64,000 bases of DNA from Octopus vulgaris (GCA_951406725.2 OX597830.1:75268001-75332000); one strand, 5' to 3'; numbered from the stretch's first letter, positions 1 to 14,743 are shown. Notes: generated by a model not told the origin, from the sequence alone. Numbers and translations are program-made.

Positions 1-94
1 AGTCTTCTTTTATTATCTTCATAGTTTTTTGTATCAACGAACTCATAATGTATCCATAGGCAATAGCATAACAGCCATATATCGATTGATCCCT

Positions 95-765
95 GTAGTG
101 ATAATGATGATGATGATGAGAATGATAAAGATGACGATGATGATGATGACGATGATGATCATCATCATCATCACCATCACCATCATCATCATCATCATCA
201 TCATCGTCAGCAGCAGCAGCTGCAGCGGCAACAGCGGCAGCAGCATTGTCATCATGTTCATCATGTTCATTATCATTATCATCGACATCATCATCAGCAC
301 CACCACCATCAATCTGCTCACCATCATCATCGTCATCATCATTCTCATCATCATCAGCGTCATCAATCATCCTCTTCGCGTTGGTAGTGTTGATGGTAAT
401 GGCAGTGGTCGTGTTGATGATGATGATGATGATGATGATTATGATGAGAATGAGGATCTTAATATTAACAAACATCATCACCGTCACCATCATTATCACC
501 ACCACCACCATCACCATCACCATCACCATCATCATCGTCGACGTCGTCATCATCATCATCATCATCATCACCACCACCACCACCACCATCATCGTCATCA
601 TCGTCATCATCATCGTCATCCTCATCATCACCACCACCACCACCACCATCATCATCGTCATCATCATCATCATCACCACCACCACCACCACCACCACCAC
701 CATCATCGTCATCATCGTCATCATCATCGTCATCATCATCATCACCACCACCACCACCATCATCG

Positions 766-804
<39 letters not shown>

Positions 805-1290
805 CCACCACCACCACCACCACCACCATCATCGTCATCATCGTCATCATCATCGTCATCAACATCATCATAACAACGCTTATGAGGTTCATCAGTGTTA
901 TGGTAATGGCGACGTAGTTTTTTGTAGTTAAATTAATGATGGCAAAAACGTTGACGGTCAGTACTGAGACAATGAGGATATTGTATTGTGCAGAGCATTG
1001 ATGCTAACGATTTGTGAAGATGTCAGTGATAATGATGCTGACGGCGAAGACGGTGATGGAGACGAAGAAGAGACAGAAGCAAAAGTGTGATGATGACGAC
1101 GACGGGGGTGATGATGAAGACGATGACGCCACCGATGGCTGTGCTGGTGGTGGGGGTGGGGGTGCTGCTGCTGTTTGTGACGATGGTGATGAAGAAGAGA
1201 ACGAAGAAGAGAACGAAGAGGAGGACGATGACAACGATGACGATGTTGATGATGATGACGATGATGATGACGATAATGAAGATTACTGCT
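95..1290. repeat. Compound (GAT)n/(CAT)n/(CAC)n trinucleotide microsatellite
   Basis: Direct reading. It explains the poly-M/I/H/D ORFs at 29-931 etc. A rough higher-order unit (catcgtcatcatcgtcat...caccac) recurs within 540-870. Confidence 0.95.
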
Positions 1291-1329
1291 GTTGCAGATA
1301 ATTAAGATGGTAATATTGAAGATAATATT

Positions 1330-1547
1330 GGTTTCACATTTTGCCACAAGGGCAGCGAGTTCTGAGTGGGGGGGGGGGGGAGTCGATAACATCAACCCCA
1401 GTGCTCAACTGATACTTATTTTATCGGTCCCCAAAGGAAGAAAGGCAAACTCGAATTCACAGTATTTGAACTCAGAATGTAAAAACGGGCGAAATGCTAC
1501 TAAGCATTTTACCTGGCATGCTATAATGATTCTACAAGCTCGCCGCC
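1330..1547 (-). mobile_element. tRNA-derived SINE family B, diverged copy
   Basis: Reverse complement aligns to the intact copy at 56234 (ggcggcgagct..gttagca..aaatgcttag..ttctgagttcaaat). Confidence 0.85.
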
Positions 1548-2190
1548 GTAATAGTAAAGTTAATATTAAAATAATTATGTAATTATAAGGAAAGCAATAA
1601 TTAGGGAAAAGAAATAATAGCAAAGACCGGAATCACAAAAATAGAACTAACACTACTTTGCTGTTTGGAAACTTATCCATTAACATTGATGTTACCATCT
1701 TGAAGAATATTGTAAATTGAATAGAATATAACAATTAGGAAAATGTTGAGAATGTGTAAGTAATACATTAATTTAGTTGTGAGCTTTTATTGCTCTTTGC
1801 CTCGTATAAGCAGTGTATTGCAAATGTATTCACTAAGATCCGATTTTCACTATGATGGGGTTTACATAAAGTAATTAATAGATAGATTTTATTCTCCATG
1901 GAAAAATCTTATAAATCCAAAATAAAATTGTATCATTTGACCAAAGATTAAAAGAGAAATGGGTACTTTCAATGTGATGCGAAAAAAATATACAAATCGA
2001 ACGTGCAAAATACTGTTACCGCAAACAAATAAGCGACACTTAAAAACCAAATAAACGCCACCTAAAAATTCAAAACTCCATTAACAAATTGCACAGAATC
2101 ATAAATGAACACAAAGTAAAAACGTTTTATATTACATGCATGATTTATTACATTATATAACTGAACTAAGGAAACTACAGCCACCAAAAC

Positions 2191-3325
2191 ATCTATAATA
2201 ATGAATCTGTAACTTTAACTCCTCCAAGATTATCTAACAGACCTTGATGAAACTTGACACGTGTGGGGGGGGGGGGGGATGATGCCCTTGTGGTTACTTA
2301 TGCACTTGGAATTTTAAAAGAAATCGATTTTTAATCAGCATCGATTTTTCAAAAATCGTCAAATTTCGGCATTTTTCGCCATCGTGACGAAAAATGTCGA
2401 AATTTGACGGAAAATGTTTCATGGGTATAATCAGACAGCTTATTAAAGGTAATCTATCTAGCATTTGCTAATTCTTCATTTCAATGCGAATTGTTTTGAT
2501 TTGCTAAAACTTAATATTTGAATTCGTTGTTTTAATTCCCCAGGGTTTCGGGTTTTAAATAGGTAAGCGCATTTTATAACTCACACAATTCGTGCCATCA
2601 ATTTCATGAAACCTGCCCCAAAGCGCAAAATTTCGCCATTTTACAACCATGCACAAAAATAACGACGACACGGGTTCGCAACCAGACTCTGCTAATTTTT
2701 CCGTCAAATTGGTCCTACCCATTAATATAGATTTTAAATTTTTGAAAAATGTCGAAATTTGACGAAAAATGTTTCATGTCTATATTTCAATTCATTGTTT
2801 TAATTCCCTAGCATTTCAGATTTTTAGTAGGGAAGTGCATTTTTATATCTCAAGCATTTTCTATTCACTATTTCATGCAGAACCATAGATATACTTACTG
2901 ACAATCAAACTAAATTTATACAAACTACTACTTATATACAAGATTTAACTTATCTATATACCTCTTCTTAACTTGCGAATACTTTGGAGTTCAGATATGC
3001 GTTAAGTTACTACATGACCCTTAACTCTTATAGAAGGTTCAGGGTTTTATATCAGTCTTTTAAGACAGGGGATATTCTCATGTGAGCTTCAGCTTACTTA
3101 AAACGTCAGGACTTCTTATCCACCATATCACTCATGCAAAAAGGGATTTTAGTCTTCGGATTGGATAACCCGTGTTATTTTGTCGAAACATGGAACATAT
3201 GGGGTTTTAGCACCATAATTTGAGTGGATTTCGTACTCAGAAACTGAAAGAAATCTGTCGTATATATATATATGTATACATTTGTGTGTGTGTGTCTGTC
3301 TGTCTGTCTGTCTGTGTGCGTGTGT

Positions 3326-3376
<51 letters not shown>

Positions 3377-3635
3377 GGTGTGGGTGTCTGTGTGTGTGTT
3401 TGTACCCCCGCTATTGCTTGACAACCGATGTTGTATCTACGTTCCCATAACTTAGTGATTCCGCAAAAGGCACTGATAGAAGTACTAGGCTTACAAAGAA
3501 TATCTCCTGTGATCGATTTGTTCGACCAACGGCAGTGCCCCAGCATGGCTGCAGTCACATGACTGACATAAGTAAAACAATCAAATAACTATGGAATTTT
3601 AATCCCGAGCATGGCTGGGTATCACTCTGCCTGTA
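2191..3635 (+). mobile_element. Possible degenerate non-autonomous Helitron-like element with an internal duplication
   Basis: Starts aTCTATAATAATGAATCTGT. A 3' hairpin-like cccgagcatggctggg at ~3604 resembles the 3' end of the 4119 element. The block aaaatgtcgaaatttgacg.aaaatgtttcatg is duplicated at ~2391 and ~2747. The terminal CTAG is degraded. Confidence 0.35.
3220..3580 (+). mobile_element. SINE family A, 5'-truncated diverged copy
   Basis: Matches the 3' two-thirds of the copy at 4691, including the internal (TG)n and the cagcatggctgcagtcacatgactga tail. Confidence 0.85.
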
Positions 3636-4118
3636 TATCATTAAAGAAATCAACCCTATTCTAAAAGTTAATTTCGTTCTCTAGAAAGTTAATTCTTAAA
3701 GATGTATTCTCAAAAATACGAATATCAGAAACATAATTAGAAAACTTATTAGAAATGATATATAAACAACCAATATAAAACTATTCTATAAACGACATTA
3801 AAGCATTAAGGTTAAACATATTGATTACGCAAATGAGAACGATGAATCTAGCACATGTAAAATAACCTGAAAAACAACAAAATGAAACGAAATCAAACCC
3901 CAACACACTTATATGATACTAAACAATAAAACACCCAGAATATAGCGGACGAAAATATGAATAACAGGGTATGTGGAATAGATTTATGAATAGAAAGTCC
4001 TAACATGAGGAATTTTAAATATAATAATTGAAATGTGGAACTATATGCAGAATTGAAATAAAAGGTGATGATGATCGAGAGCATTGCTTATGGACTAACG
4101 AAAGACAAATATATTATA

Positions 4119-4416
4119 CTAGCAGTATCGCCCGGCGTTGCTCGGTTTTGTAAGGGAAATAACTATATAAGCATTTTTAGAGAGTTACTTCCCTTATATA
4201 ATAGCAAAAAATGCATTAAAAATGGGAAAGAATGATGGTAATTTTTTTTTTAAATCGTAGACTCATCGTAGACGCGCGCTAATACCCAGAAGGGCTCGGT
4301 ATGAATCACGACTATAAGATACCCGATTTTGGTTAAACTGCACCGCAAAATGTGGGAGTAGTTAAGAATCTAAATCGTAGGCGACAGACACACAACTTCA
4401 CTTTTATATATAAATA
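4119..4416 (-). mobile_element. Non-autonomous Helitron
   Basis: On the - strand it ends ...ccgagcaacgccgggcgatactgCTAG|t, i.e. a GC hairpin just upstream of a terminal CTAG followed by T. The 5' end reads a|T(A)TTTATATATAAAAGTGAAG, with the expected TC mutated. Confidence 0.75.
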
Positions 4417-4483
4417 TTGTAACATATAACACAGAAACAACAATGGAAACACAAGCCCTGTCACTATCGACTTAAAGTGGGCA

Positions 4484-4610
4484 GAAAACCTTCCCAAAAC
4501 CCGAGTTCTTCAAAAAGACGGCTATGTTGGCTGTTTGGTGCTGTACTGTGGGACTTATCCACTATAACTTCTTAAAACCCGAAAAAACCATTGTTGCAGA
4601 AACATATATG
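4484..4610 (+). mobile_element. Internal fragment of the mariner family seen at 6810 and 20347
   Basis: Aligns to 7300-7430 (ccttccc.aaacccgagtt...atccactataacttctt.aaa.ccgaaaaaaccattgttgcagaaa). Confidence 0.8.
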
Positions 4611-4690
4611 TAACTTAATTAAACAAAGTATTTTCTGCAGCCACTGTAATTCGAAAGTAAGTTAAACTTTACTTCAAATATTGTCGTATA

Positions 4691-4869
4691 GGCGTAGGAG
4701 TGGCTGTATGGTAAGTAGCTTGCTTACGAACCACATGGTTCCGGGTTCAGTCCCACTGCATTGCACCTTGAGCAAGTGTCTTCTACTATAGCCTCGTGCC
4801 GAGCAAACCCTTGTGAGTGGATTTGGTAGACGGAAACTGAAAAGGCCCGTCGTATATATGTATGTGTGT

Positions 4870-4948
<79 letters not shown>

Positions 4949-5226
4949 CGTGTATGTGTGTGTGTTTGTGTGTGTGTATGTATGTATGTATGCATGTATG
5001 TGTGTGTGTATATATGTTTGTGTGCCTGTGTTTGTCCCCCCAATATCACTTGACAACCGATGCTTGTGTGTTTACGTCCCCGTAAATTAGCGGTTCGGCA
5101 AAAGAGACCGATAGAATAAGTACTAGGCTTACAAAGAATAAGTCCTGGGGTCCATTTGTTCGACTAAATGCGGTGCTTCAGCATGGCCACAGTCAAATGA
5201 TTGAAGCAAGTAAAAGAGTAAAAGAG
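4691..5226 (+). mobile_element. tRNA-derived SINE family A, full length
   Basis: A-box-like tggctgtatgg, B-box-like ggttcagtccc, CORE-like accttgagcaagtg, internal (TA)n(TG)n, 3' hairpin tail and (taaaagag)n end. It resembles the octopus OR/OK-type SINEs (from memory, not searched). Confidence 0.9.
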
Positions 5227-6809
5227 TATAAAGCTGTTATAACCCAAACAACGTGGGAAAATATAAATCATAGAAAATACTCATCCATGGTTATTGATAT
5301 TAATAAGAGACACAAGAGAAGGGAAAACGAAGGCATATAATATAAATATAACAATTCTAAAACGACTAATGTTTATCGCTACTTCAACATGGCTATTCCG
5401 TAGGACCCGACATTAGCACCGTTTTTAATCTCAGCAGGACGCCTCTTCCAGCTGATTATCGATGCAATCTGCACCCGATATATATTGCAATATATGTAAC
5501 CCAAGCAATGTAACAGAAATCAAAGAAAACGAAACAGAGGAGATCATTGCTAATGCACAACAATTCGTTGTTAGTTTTTTGTTAAAGAGGTCGACAATCC
5601 CAATGAAATTTTATCAAGAAGTAGGTAAATATATTATTCGATGCAGAACAAATTGAATATTGTATGGACGTATTTTAGGTAACTGTGTAGATACTGAATT
5701 GATCCCCGTTGACAAAAACAATTGAGAGAAACTGCATCAGCTCAAGATATAGTTTAGTTTCTAAGATATGTTAAAGATTTGATGTTATAAAGCTGTGAAA
5801 AACTACTAAAAGTCTACTTAAAATACTTGACAAGCACACCAAGTGCTTCAAAGAAACTTAGTAGCCTTCAGAAAGGGATTAGTACATAAGAACTCCATAG
5901 GCAAACTCTAAAACCTATAGACCTAGATCTTCTCTGCATGCAGCTTAGAAAGCCTTTAGTGCAATTGATTAATAATTACCCGAAAAATAACATTTCGCTT
6001 TTAGAACAGAAGAGATGCTAACGCAGCCCGTATAGATGTAGGAATCAATTACTGGCCAATGGTTGAAGATGAGGGATTAAGAAAGAATTATCTATATAAG
6101 GTATGGCTTGACAACCGAAAGTTATTTCAGAGAGCTTCCTGCTTGCGTTTTTGGAAGAATCATTAAAAAGCCGATTCGTTAAGTAAATAAGGAAGAACTG
6201 CCAAACAGTTCTGCAATTAAAAGCAACGGGTTAATTATAAGATTTAAGTAATCTTTTAAAAAAGGAAAATTCAAAAGAATCTTCCTTTTTCTAGGCGTTT
6301 TCTACTTGGCCTTAACGTGTTTAACTAGACTGAAATTATACGAATATACTTCGAAGCTGGAAGGCAGTACATTAAAATAAGGATACTAAAAGCGTCAATG
6401 TGAGAGATGTGTCTAGCAAATGCACAACAAACAAAATGATTAATAAATCAGAACGAAATCAAACTATAACATATTTATAGAACACTACCGATCATGCTTA
6501 TTGAGGTGAATCTAAATTACGCTGCCGATTACAAACAGCTAGAGACAGTGCTACAAATAGTGCACAGAGTCTGTACTTGATTTGATATGAAATTCAGAGT
6601 GCCAAAATTAGGTTAAAGACAGGCAATTTAAGATATACACAATATAAAGCCATGTGAGATAGAGTAACGTTTAAAACTTATTGAACTACACCACAGAGTG
6701 TTTTAGTAGGAATCCAATAAAAATGCAGAAATTTTAAAAATAATTTTGCCGTCTTGAATTTACAGTACGTGATACAAATATATAATTAATCCCTTCATTT
6801 TAAGCACAT

Positions 6810-7841
6810 ATCATTGCTATTTAACTTCAAAATAGGACGTAAGGCAGCTGGAACTGCTCGCAATATCTGCGAAACGTTTGATGATGAAATGACCAGTCAG
6901 TGGTTAGCTCCAAAATGGTTTAAACGATTTCGCAGTGGAGACCTGAGTCTTGAAGATCGTGAGCATAGTGGACGTCCATATGTCATCGATGACGGTCAAT
7001 TCAAGACCGTCATTTAGAAAGATCCATATAAAACGACTCGAGAGCTGACAAAAGAACTTCAACTTAGCCAGAAAACTGCTTACCACCATTGGTATGCGAT
7101 CGGAAAATCAAAAAAGCTCGACAAATGGGTACTACACGATTTGAATGAAAATCAGAACACGGGCAGATATGAAATTTGCTCGTCGCATCTTCTGCGTAAT
7201 CAGAGCGATCCATTTCTCAACCCTATTGTAACTTGCGATGAAAAGTGGATTCTATACAATAACAAAATAATATTCTCCACAGTGGTTGGAATGAAGCCTC
7301 GAAAGCCTTCCCTAAACCCGAGTTCATCAAAAAGAATTTAATGGTAGCAGTTTGGTGCTGTATTGCTGGACGTATCCACTATAACTTCTTGAAAACCGAA
7401 AAAAAAACCATTGTTGCAGAAATATATATGCCATGAAATGAACGAAAAACTGCTACTCCACCGTCCCAGACTCAACGGCCAAACATTCTTCATGACAATG
7501 CTCGACCACAAGTTTCACTAATAACGCTCCAGAAGTTGTGGGAACAGCTTATTCCCCAGAAATTTCTCCATCGACTACCACTTTTTCAAGCACTCCTGAT
7601 GTTTTCCTGCGAGAGAGGAGGTTCCAAAATCAAACCGATGCTGAAAGTGTGTTCAAAGAGTTCATCAGCTCCAGAACTCCAGATTTTTATATTACCGGAA
7701 TAAACATACTTGTAACTCGTTGGCAAAAATGTGTTGATTGTAATGGTACTTACATTGATGAATGAAATTTCTGCATTGTTGAAATATATTGTGATGAATT
7801 TCCTGTTACAAAACGTTGCTTACATTTTACTCAGCCTGATA
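6810..7841 (+). pseudogene. Decayed mariner (Hsmar1/SETMAR-like, DD34D) transposase with right TIR
   Basis: Motifs WFKRFRSGDLSLED..SGRP, KWVLHDL (WVPHEL), IVTCDEKWILYNN, HDNARP, YSPEISP and RWQKCVDCNGTYID, broken by stops and frameshifts. Ends ttttactcagcctgata followed by TA. Confidence 0.92.
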
Positions 7842-8164
7842 TATTACATTTCAAAGAAGCCTAAATTTGAGAATTAAACCAGAGACTAATAAATACGTTT
7901 GAATTAATGGCCTAATTAGATTACTACCATCACAAAAGAAAGAAAATATTAAGGACGAATATTACAGAATATTAGATTAGCATTTAAATCAGGTTTAAAT
8001 ATAAAAGTCAAGCTAACCCCCATCATATTTGGTTGTTACAGTAGCTAGTAATAGGTATGATATTCTCAAAGTAAATTATCAATATTAGCTAGATCATTGC
8101 GCGACTCCCTGGGCCGATTAATGCCTTATGAGAGGTATATGTGAAAGAAAGAAAGTGTGTCTCT

Positions 8165-8385
8165 ATGCGTGTGAATGTCTGTGTTTGGCCACCATCATTG
8201 AAGGTTGATAACCTGTGATGACATGTTTACATCCCGATGAATTAGCGGAACGGCAAATGCTCAAAAGAATAAGTATCAAGCTTAAAAATAATTTACTGTA
8301 GACGATTTTTTTTTTGTATAAAACTTTCCAAAGTGGTGCCCCAGTATGCCTGCAGTCTAATGACTGAAGCAAGCGAAAAGAAAGA
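8165..8385 (+). mobile_element. SINE family A, degenerate 3' half
   Basis: ttagcggaacggcaaa..agaataagta..gtggtgccccagtatgcctgcagtctaatgactgaag. Confidence 0.75.
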
Positions 8386-9049
8386 AAAAAAATCAGAGAA
8401 AATATTATCGTATTTCGAATTCATCAGATTTCAAACCTAGATTTCTTAGCTTTCAAACTTCTCACTTTTCAAGTAAGCTGCCTTTCAGATTTCAGGCATT
8501 CGATGCTTTCCAGTTGCGTTGAAAATTGTTTTTAGCCCCGTTTCTTTTGTATTGTTTGCAGATATTAGCCAAGCAAAGGTTTTTCTTTCCAACAAACCGT
8601 AGTACATCTAAGGTTATTACGCTCAAACAACCATACATGAATAGGTGATAGATGCATCTCCACAAGCACATTGTAAAAGGAACGAATAGAAGATTCATGA
8701 CCATAGAGTTGCGGCCCACAGCTGTGAAGCGGGTATCGTCACATATTTTCTTGATCAACTTTACCTTTTCTTATACAAAATATGTTCCATATAAACACAG
8801 ATAATCAGTGAATTATATATGTGCATATATATATTCCATTTTTGACAAATCCCTAGAAATATTCAGATACAAACGTGCAAAAAAGGGTTTATATGATTAA
8901 GCAAATGAAAAATAAATATGAATGGGAAAGAACTTATCCATTTATTTTGGTAAAACTATGTTAAGTAATACACTTAAAAGATAAGTCATGCTCCCACAAA
9001 ATTTATCTTTCTTACCATGTAAATTTAACGATACACATGATAATATATG

Positions 9050-9072
9050 AAGACGCATACATACATACACAC

Positions 9073-9152
<80 letters not shown>

Positions 9153-9344
9153 GTGTGTGTATGTATGTGAATGTATGTGTGTGATCTGGTGTGTATACAT
9201 AGACTTATTCATATGACGTACTTAAAGAAGTATACGCTTGGATTTATTTAATCCTAATATTTATACCTACCTAGCTATCTATTTATCTCTGTATCAGACT
9301 CTCTCTCGCTCTCTTTCTCTCTATATTATATATATATATATGCT

Positions 9345-9379
<35 letters not shown>

Positions 9380-9596
9380 ATATATACACATATATCAATA
9401 GATAGAGAGATACATATGTATACATACATATACACACACACACGAGTGAATATATACATATATGTATGTATATGCACACATATGTATGGGCATGCATACA
9501 AATACACATGCACAATCACATACACACACATATACATCCATGCATGTTTCTGTATATGTCTGTGTATGCTTATATGCGTGTCTGAATATATGCAAG

Positions 9597-9631
<35 letters not shown>

Positions 9632-9640
9632 GAGTGTGTT

Positions 9641-9671
<31 letters not shown>

Positions 9672-10083
9672 GCCTCTGGGAGGGGAGAGAGACAGAGGCA
9701 GAAGGAGCACATATGTCAGTAAGTAGATAGGCCTTATTTTACATATACAGAATATTTTATATGACACGGCATTAGTTTAGCTGATTTAAAATTACAAAGA
9801 AATATTTTCATAACAGAACAAATGCTTGTAAGTAATTATTTGCATATACGTGCGTCTGTGTGTGGTTCCATGTGCGTATATGTGTGTGTATATGTATACG
9901 TATACATATACATATTTATAGAAATATATATCTACATATATATATATATGTGTGTGTACGTATACATATATACACACATATATATATATATAGATGCACA
10001 TATATATATTATATTTTTACATACATACAGATTTATTCATATCTTTCTATATCTGTATATTTATGCATACAACTATGTATATG

Positions 10084-10129
<46 letters not shown>

Positions 10130-11009
10130 TAAATATATATATAAGTATATACAAATATATTTACCTATATATATAAGTATATATATTTATATATAAGTAT
10201 ATATATGTATATATACATATATATAAGTATATATATATAAGTATCTATGCGTGTGTAGGTGTGAGTGTTACACAGAATGGGTTTGAGAGAGTCAGGTAGA
10301 AAAAAGAAGAACAAAAAAAATACTATAATGAGTGAAAAGGGGAAAATAGAAACAGACAAGTAAAGAGAGAGCAGAAAGATTCAGAGAGAAAGAGTGAGAG
10401 AGGAAGAGGAAGAGAGAGAGAGAGAGAGAGAGAAACACACATATTGAAAAAGAAAGAGAAATGGCGAAACACTATATATGCATATCATATCATATGTAAT
10501 TTTTTCCCTTCTTTTTTCGACAACAGAGTTAGTTTGCATCACCTATTGTATGTTCAAAGATATACAATCTGAACCCTGACGAATAACATTGATTAATTTT
10601 CCGCACCACCACAGCAGAATAAAACATATTCGCCAATGCTTCATGCATAAAAATGCATATTTATTTAATTTATCTATCTATGTATTCACATAGATATTTA
10701 TTATTGTAAATATATACAGTGTAAGATTCGAAGCGTATAGAATATAGTTTTCTTTTTTTTTCTTCCATTGTCTGTTTGTTTGTTTGTTTCTCAGATTTTT
10801 AACAATTTTTTTTTTTTGCAGTGTTTGTGTGTGTGCGTGTGGGTGTATGTGTGTGTGCATTCGTGTGAGTTCATGTGCGCGTCCGCGGTTTTTGTTGGGT
10901 TGGGTCATTTTACGTGTATTTCATTTCACTTAATACGTATTTGCATGCATATAGGTATATAAGTGTACCATACAAACATACACGTGTGTGTGTGTGTGTA
11001 TATACATGA

Positions 11010-11090
<81 letters not shown>

Positions 11091-11126
11091 TAGATACACA
11101 CATATATATACTTATAAATAAATATG

Positions 11127-11211
<85 letters not shown>

Positions 11212-11348
11212 ATATATATACATACACATAAATCAGTGAATGAATTTTTATATCCGTATGTATATATATATGTCTCTATGCATTTTTGCATGTGTGTATG
11301 CAATATACTTAAAACACGTAAATTTAGGATTCGTGCATTCAAATATAT

Positions 11349-11410
<62 letters not shown>

Positions 11411-11887
11411 GTGTGTGTGTGTGATGAAGTCAGAGAAACGTGTCCTAAAAATCAACAAAATTGTGCATATGCATGCAGATTCGCAGCCTAGAGGATTCGT
11501 ATTAAATTGTATTTTAATTATTGCAAATACATTAAAACATGTTTTTTTTTCATAGAAACATCCTTCATTGTACATGTATGTGTGCATGCCTGTGAGTCTG
11601 TGTGTCTTCGTTTGTATGTGAGTATGTGTGCACAAAGTTAACAATATGAATGTATATATTTGTGTGTATCTGTTTTATGTGTGTGTATGCATATCTACGC
11701 CGTTATATGAATATATATTATTGTTCATATCTGCTCATTTATTTGATTGTGAATACAAGCATATATATATATATAAACATATACAAGCGTGTATACATAC
11801 ACATATATATGCATACATGCATCTCCATATATGCATATGTATAAATTATACATATATACATATATATACATATATACATATATATAC

Positions 11888-11920
<33 letters not shown>

Positions 11921-12549
11921 AACATATATATATATAAACATATATATATATATATCCATGTACAGTTATATAGTTATATTGCGTATATGTACATATATAT
12001 ATTTTAATTGCTTTGTCGTTTATCACGTTATTCAAGATTTTAATGTTTATTTCAATAATAATTATAATAACAATCAAATTGCGTAAATGCCAAACTGACT
12101 TTTGTTAAAAATATAATATATATTTAATGAAAACCACAATAACAACAATACATATGCAATTATATATACATATGTGTGTTTGTGTGTGTATATATATATA
12201 TACACACATGCACACACACATGGTACGCACGCGCACACACAAAAACTAGCACAAACACACACAAACAAATTTATATATGTACAAAAAACTCACTAAATTA
12301 TTTACTAATATAAATACATAAACATTTTTACATGAAAATTTTACGTAAATTTATAATTTAAAAGAATTTTTTACATCATCTTTATTTGACTTTTTTTTCT
12401 TCACTGTCGATGTTTGTTTATTTTTAGGCATATTATTATCTTGCTTTTATTTGCCGAAATCATTATTCATAACTAAAACAAAACAACAGAAATCCCAATA
12501 AAATATGGATAACTAGGATCTAATACATATACACACACTTACATATATA

Positions 12550-12608
<59 letters not shown>

Positions 12609-12643
12609 ACATACATATATATCCATATATACATGCATGTACT

Positions 12644-12692
<49 letters not shown>

Positions 12693-13142
12693 GTATAAAT
12701 TTATATATATATATATATATATATCTGCATGTACGGAAATATATTTATGTGTGTTTTCGTGTATGAATGTATCTGTGTATGTGTGTGTGTTTGTATGTGT
12801 GTGTGTATGTGTGTGTGTTTGTATGTGTGTGTGTATGTGTTTGTGTGTGTGTGCGTGCGTTTGCTTAAGATACACGATTATACTGCATAACAATAATTTT
12901 TTCAGAGCTGTAAGAACACTTTGGTCTTTAGACCAAATGATTATTTCATAAACATTTGCGTATATTTATATATATTTATGTTTTTCTTTAGTATTGCTCA
13001 AACCTTATTACATCTCTTCTTTTTATAGCTTCTTTTTTTCCATTTGTTCTTTCATTCTTGTTGTTGTTATTATCATTGTTGCTCACATTTTTCTTGGAAG
13101 TTATTTATTTTGTTTCGGCGTTTGTGTAGAAAGATACATACA

Positions 13143-13182
<40 letters not shown>

Positions 13183-13250
13183 TATATATCTTTTTGAATT
13201 TGTATTATTTGGCATTCAATTCCATATATACTGATACCTATATACATACA

Positions 13251-13327
<77 letters not shown>

Positions 13328-13754
13328 CCACACAGACATACACACACATTCACACAAACAACTAAACACACACTTACACATATATGAATTAATATATATG
13401 TATATACATATATATATATGCATGTATGTATGTGTGTGTGTGTGTTCTTATATATACATGTTTCTAGTTATATATCTTTTGCCAAAGATATATAATCAGG
13501 TATTGAAAGATATATAAACATCATAGATAGTGATTTAGATAGTTGTAGCATATTTAAATGAGATGAAATTACATATATGTGTGCGTGTGTGTATGTATGC
13601 ATATATATGTGTGTGTATGTATATATACACACACACAGATAGAAACATACAAACTTACGTACATATATATAGACATACGCATACATAAAGTTTCAGACAT
13701 ATACACAGATATACTTCTAATTAATATGTATATATATATGCTTACGTATATGTT

Positions 13755-13797
<43 letters not shown>

Positions 13798-13986
13798 GCT
13801 ATGTATATATAATTGTATGTGTCTGAGTATGTTCTTCAGCGCGTGTGCGCGTGCACTTATATAGCGCGAATCTATAATGAGAAGAGCTAATAATAAAAGT
13901 ATCGATATGAAATATTAATGTATATATATATATATATATATACAACTCTAAAAACATATACCCCGATATATATATATATATATATC

Positions 13987-14020
<34 letters not shown>

Positions 14021-14135
14021 TGTGTATATGTACATATATATATCTATATATATATATACATATACATACATACATGCATGCATACATACATACGCACACA
14101 TATACATACATTTATATCACGTATATGTGTGTATG
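9050..14135. repeat. Dense (TA)n/(TG)n/(CATA)n microsatellite field with short unique islands
   Basis: Direct reading. It is the source of the [10 protein letters not shown] ORFs. Confidence 0.95.
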
Positions 14136-14459
14136 TATTTATATGCAAAAAGAGAAAGGAAAGTCAACGCCGGGAGTGTTCACACTGAAGAGTGTGCTGA
14201 AGAGCGTTTAAATGAGAAAATAAGTTATGTGCTGTTAATAATGTTAATATCCGATTAATATTACAGTTTACAATTTTTATACTATTTTTAAGGCAATTTA
14301 TTACAGAATATTTTTGTTATAATCTCTATGTTTATTGGCGTTATGTTCGCTGTTGTTGTTGATTTTGATGTCACTCTTGCTAAATATGGTTGCGTATAAC
14401 CAATATTCTGTACGTACTTTATAATGATGATGGCACAAATGATGATAACCAGTGGTTTT

Positions 14460-14711
14460 TGTAGTGGTTGTGATGGTTGTGTGGTGGTGGTGGTGGTGGT
14501 GGTGGTGGTGGTGGTGGAGATAGTGATATTGTACTTGATAATGGTTACTGTGTGTGGCTGGGCTTTTTGATTGCGATGGTGGCGGATCTTTGGCTGATGT
14601 TAGAGACGGTGATGATATTGTTCTAGATGGCGATGTAGGTGAGACGTGCCAACGGGGGTGGTGGTGATGGTGTTGGTGGTGGTGGTGGTGTTGGTGATGG
14701 TGGTCTTGTTG

Positions 14712-14743
<32 letters not shown>

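Noticed and set aside
29-931. 300-aa His/Ile/Met-rich ORF and all similar homopolymeric or YI/CV-repeat ORFs
   Set aside because: They are translations of microsatellites that are open in several frames and strands, with no domain content.
4691-4765. tRNA-like sequences at SINE heads
   Set aside because: They continue into SINE bodies and lack an intact cloverleaf, so they are not tRNA genes.
8405-8432. - strand CTGATGA-attc-GAAA hammerhead-like match
   Set aside because: There is no room for stem II and stem I is poor, so it is likely chance.
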